A stretch of DNA of 63,707 nt, the filler included, from Cercozoa sp. M6MM (lineage: Eukaryota > Protista > Endomyxa: Ascetosporea): assembly GCA_040357565.1 (NCBI GenBank). It is 6 parts of 6 records of this genome, joined end to end, with 100 filler letters (N's around TTAATTAATTAA, not from the genome) between each part and the next. Parts side by side here need not be neighbours in the genome. Positions count along the whole stretch, not along the records: positions 60,443 to 62,313 come from JBDODJ010001899.1; positions 62,414 to 63,707 come from JBDODJ010002071.1; 4 more parts are not named here. One strand, given 5' to 3'. How positions within the stretch are numbered: position 1 is the stretch's first letter; the number at the start of each line of letters is the position of its first letter. The notes under the pieces are model-generated. The model was not told where the DNA came from and made no database searches. It worked only from the letters and a program-made list of their open reading frames with translations. A program made the position numbers and the translations under genes. Positions 60,343 to 63,707 of the stretch are shown one piece after another.

Positions 60343-60442
60343 NNNNNNNNNNNNNNNNNNNNNNNNNNNNNNNNNNNNNNNNNNNNTTAATTAATTAANN
60401 NNNNNNNNNNNNNNNNNNNNNNNNNNNNNNNNNNNNNNNNNN
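60343..60442. other. Artificial contig-join linker
   Basis: N44-TTAATTAATTAA(60387-60398)-N44. Confidence 0.95.
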
Positions 60443-60554
<112 letters not shown>

Positions 60555-60572
60555 GTGATTTTGAGTGCGCAG

Positions 60573-61001
60573 CCGTCGGATTACTCGAAACAGAAGTTCC
60601 AAGAAGCGCGGCCTCTGATTCCACTCGATCACATCCTTTCCAAAGACTCAGTATCGATCGAGGAGGTTTCGGTCCCGCTGCTCGACTTCCACCCGTACTT
60701 TTGCTTCAACTAAAAGTACAGTAGCGGTAAGAGGGGTTTACAAATCACGATGTGCGTCACACTATCCAGTATGGTTCGACGAGCAATGGAAGGGAACCGA
60801 CTGCGACTCGTGACAAACTTTGCTGCTCGCAACTACTACAAACGGACCGCCGATGCAACTGCCAGTGCGAGCAGTGGCGCCATCTACACGGCACGCAACG
60901 GAAGCTTCTGCTGGCCTGAGCCACAACACCGGCAAGATCATTCGACGCCCACTCGTATGCTCGCCGAATGCTTCTACTTTGTTCCTGCTGACCAACCGTA
61001 G
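60573..61001 (+). CDS. Possible 3' fragment of an unknown gene
   Basis: Exon-like block after a CAG acceptor (PSDYSKQKFQEARPLIPLDHIL...) and ORF 60750-61001. Confidence 0.25.
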
Positions 61002-61377
61002 TCACCTTCAAAACCTCCGACGGCAAGTTCTAGTGTACCAATATTTTACAATCATGCATAAATAGTGCAAACTGAGAGCTAGCGCTCCACGAAGTGGACG
61101 TGGATCAGTACTGTCAGCACCAATACTAACGCAACAGGAGCGCGCTCTCCGGCCCACCAATGCTATCATAACGTAAGGAATCAATAGTGTAGTCGCGTGC
61201 ATCAACTGAACCGCGTCCTGCCGGCGCTGTCGTGTGTTATTTTACAAACATACATCAAAAGTACAGTAGGTAGGTCGCGTCGGGATGCGCTAGGAAGCGC
61301 CATCAGCCGAAGCGACGAAACGAAGCTTCTAAGGGCGACAGAGTCAGGCTGATCCTAGGCGAAGCGCGACAAGAAGC

Positions 61378-62287
61378 TCACGCGCGCATCCAGAAAACAC
61401 TGAGCAGCAGTGCCGACACGAGCTGCACTGGGGAGGAGGACAGTAACGACGGGGCAGCGTCGACCGGATCGGTCTCCTTGGGCGGCTCGGTGACGATCTG
61501 TTCGCAGTCGCCGCCGGTGCACTGAACGACGCGCGTCAGTACGGTCGGACAACTGGTGCCGTTGCCTGGGGCACAGAGTAGGCACAGTGCATGAATATGT
61601 GCACGGACACAGAAGGGAGTACCACTGGCAGCAACGTCGATCGCGAGCTCTTCGGTCTTGTTGCACCCGGCGGAGCACTCATTGACGTCATTGTAGTGGA
61701 ACTCGCCTAAGCAGACGTGAACAAAGATAGGTAGGTGTGAGTATGCAGGTAGGTGTGGAGGTACAGTCGATGTTCTGCACAGTGGGGCACAGGCCACCGC
61801 TGCAGGCGACGGTGCGCGTGCTTGAAGAAGGACAGGCTTCGCCGTCGCCACTGGCCTGTATGTGGGGCAATAATAAAAGGGGATAGGGTATAGGAGGTAG
61901 GTACCGCAGTTTGCACGTTGAGCGTCTGTTGTTGCTCACATTCGGCCGAGCAGCCTGCCATGTCGTTGTTCCAGGTGTATTGCTGGAGGGCAAATTGGGG
62001 GAGGGGGTAATAGAAAGTAAAATGGAGAAGGAGGTTCAAGTACGCAATCGATATCGGGCACGCAGTCGCCGCCACTGCAGGTGACTGTGATTGAAGAGGC
62101 TGGACACTCCTCGCCCATGCCCTTGGGCTCTATGATAATGTACAGAGTGGATACAAAGACACAGAGCAAGGAGTACTATACCGACATCAATCACGAGAGT
62201 CCGCTGCTTGGTGCACTCCGCAGTACAAGTTCCGTCGACGTAGTGCGACTCGCAGTCGATCGAGCAGGCACCCGTCTCACACTCCAC
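61378..62287 (-). CDS. 3' part of a GPI-anchored surface protein with divergent thrombospondin type-1 (spondin-like) repeats
   Basis: At least 3 repeats DC-x-C(S/T)A(E/G)C-x-(E/A)..G.G..CP-x-C(S/T)GG(D/L)C; C-terminal DAA then hydrophobic LVSALLLSVFWMRA*. Confidence 0.7.
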
Positions 62288-62313
62288 TATATATATATAT
62301 ATATATATATATA

Positions 62314-62413
62314 NNNNNNNNNNNNNNNNNNNNNNNNNNNNNNNNNNNNNNNNNNNNTTAATTAATTAANNNNNNNNNNNNNNNNNNNNNNNNNNNNNNN
62401 NNNNNNNNNNNNN
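62314..62413. other. Artificial contig-join linker
   Basis: N44-TTAATTAATTAA(62358-62369)-N44. Confidence 0.95.
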
Positions 62414-62467
62414 ACACACACACACACCCGCCACCACCATCACTACCACCACAATGCTTTTGGACAG

Positions 62468-62695
62468 AACGGCATGCTCGTACCCAAAGGCTGCTACATC
62501 ATTGACGCGGCCTTCGCAGCGGAGCAGCATGGACTGGAAACCGAAAAGAAGCGCAACGACGCCTACTGCAAGGTTAATGACAGCCCGACGGTGTGCGCCG
62601 AGATCAAGAAGAGCAAGATCCGTCCGTGCTCGTCAGCTGCCTCGGCGACGGCCACGCTCGCCTTCGGTGTCGCCGCTGTTCTGGCCCTAAACTAA
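62468..62695 (+). CDS. Last exon of a Cys-containing, probably GPI-anchored protein
   Basis: ...KIRPCSSAASATATLAFGVAAVLALN*: small-residue omega region plus hydrophobic tail. Confidence 0.55.
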   Translation, partial: NGMLVPKGCYIIDAAFAAEQHGLETEKKRNDAYCKVNDSPTVCAEIKKSKIRPCSSAASATATLAFGVAAVLALN

Positions 62696-63126
62696 ACTGT
62701 CGTACAACATAATAACAGTGACTTTGCGTTTTGTACCTTCACTGATTAACCGGTAAACGGAAGATAAAACGAGTGCATCGTTGGAATTTAAAAAGCGGGT
62801 GCAACGACAGCCAGCTTGCGGCTGCGAAGCAGCCTAGTTGCGATCGTTGATTTGATGTCCCTGCTCAGCTTTAGCTGTTACAACTGGCTTTTAAAGTACG
62901 GACCGCAGCTGAAAAATAGAAAATAGGTACTGTACAAAACCGACAGCACTGATGTGATAATCTCGAACATTTTGAAAGGATATCGATATTGCAAAACGTA
63001 AGTCCCAGCCAAATTGCTCATTCGCCCGTACGCTCTCGTACTGTAGTGATTTCTCCCTTTGTGTTCCACAACGATCGTACTGTGGTCTACCGTAGCACCT
63101 CTAGTGGATCTCCACCTCTTAGGATC

Positions 63127-63654
63127 ATGAAGTTCCTGGTACTGCTTTGTATGTTTTTGATACAGTCGTCGCATTTGTTTTTCCTCTGGATAAACGCTCA
63201 TTGCTCTGTCTGTGGCAGGCCCTGGCTCTCGTTGCTGCCGTCCAAGCGCAGTTCAGCTACAAGGTCATTGAGGGCGGCGATTGCGAGAAGCGCTTCAAGG
63301 CTTGCCAGCTAGATGTTGAGTGCGCCAAGACCTTGCTCGATTACTCGGCTGCCTTTAACCGCTGCGTCGAGAATGCGTGCCAACTTGAGGGCCTCTCCGG
63401 CTACGAGCGCATGAAGAAGCATCAGAACTGCGATCACAAGTGTGCCGTGAACCCGTACGACTTCACGCTCCCGCCAGTCGACCTGCAGCACAGCTGCCGT
63501 GAGATTGAGGGCAAGGGCCGCCGCGCTGGTAAGAATCACCTTGGTCATCATTTTCTCAATAAATATGAATGTACATTTTATCTTACTCATTGCGCGCGTG
63601 TGGACAACAGATGAAGACGCCGACGGCCAATTCGAGTACGCCTTTAAGCAACAG
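63127..63654 (+). CDS. 5' part of a secreted Cys-rich protein (runs off window end)
   Basis: MKFL|ALALVAAVQA-QFSYKVIEGGDCEKRFKACQLDVEC...; signal peptide rebuilt across an intron; next exon DEDADGQFEYAFKQQ|GTATG. Confidence 0.7.
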
Positions 63655-63666
63655 GTATGTTCAATT

Positions 63667-63707
<41 letters not shown>

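Overview
Gene-dense nuclear DNA from an intron-rich unicellular eukaryote, plausibly SAR/Rhizaria (inferred from gene content only). It uses the standard code and short GT-AG introns (mostly about 45-90 nt) with degenerate donors, so the six-frame ORF track shows only exon fragments. Gene models were spliced by eye. The window is not one contiguous molecule: five 100-nt N blocks carry the artificial six-frame-stop linker TTAATTAATTAA and two more are plain 100-N gaps. About 30 genes or fragments are recognisable: Spo11 (apparent +1 frameshift), MPC1, a J-domain protein, an F-box protein with a bacterial-type Cys module, a SEN1-like helicase, G-alpha, an FHA protein, two MORN proteins, a 7TM-RGS, imidazolonepropionase, class-2 DHODH, a FAIM-like protein, a single-pass receptor MAP3K-type kinase, an MPG-fold glycosylase-like protein, a membrane protein with an SHP box, an ABCG with EF-hands, a Pol-kappa-like tail and GPI/secreted Cys-rich proteins. 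Best candidates for something new: (1) a 68-aa mitochondrial-type microprotein gene at 43.3-44.5 kb whose last donor faces a tandem array of acceptors, each giving a different short stop-terminated tail, plus a box C/D kink-turn over a putative 5'-UTR donor; (2) a class-2 DHODH with class-1A-type active-site motifs (Cys base); (3) C-rich TTTACCCC-type repeats filling the introns of three neighbouring genes, nearly always C-rich on the sense strand; (4) unusual signalling and transport architectures.
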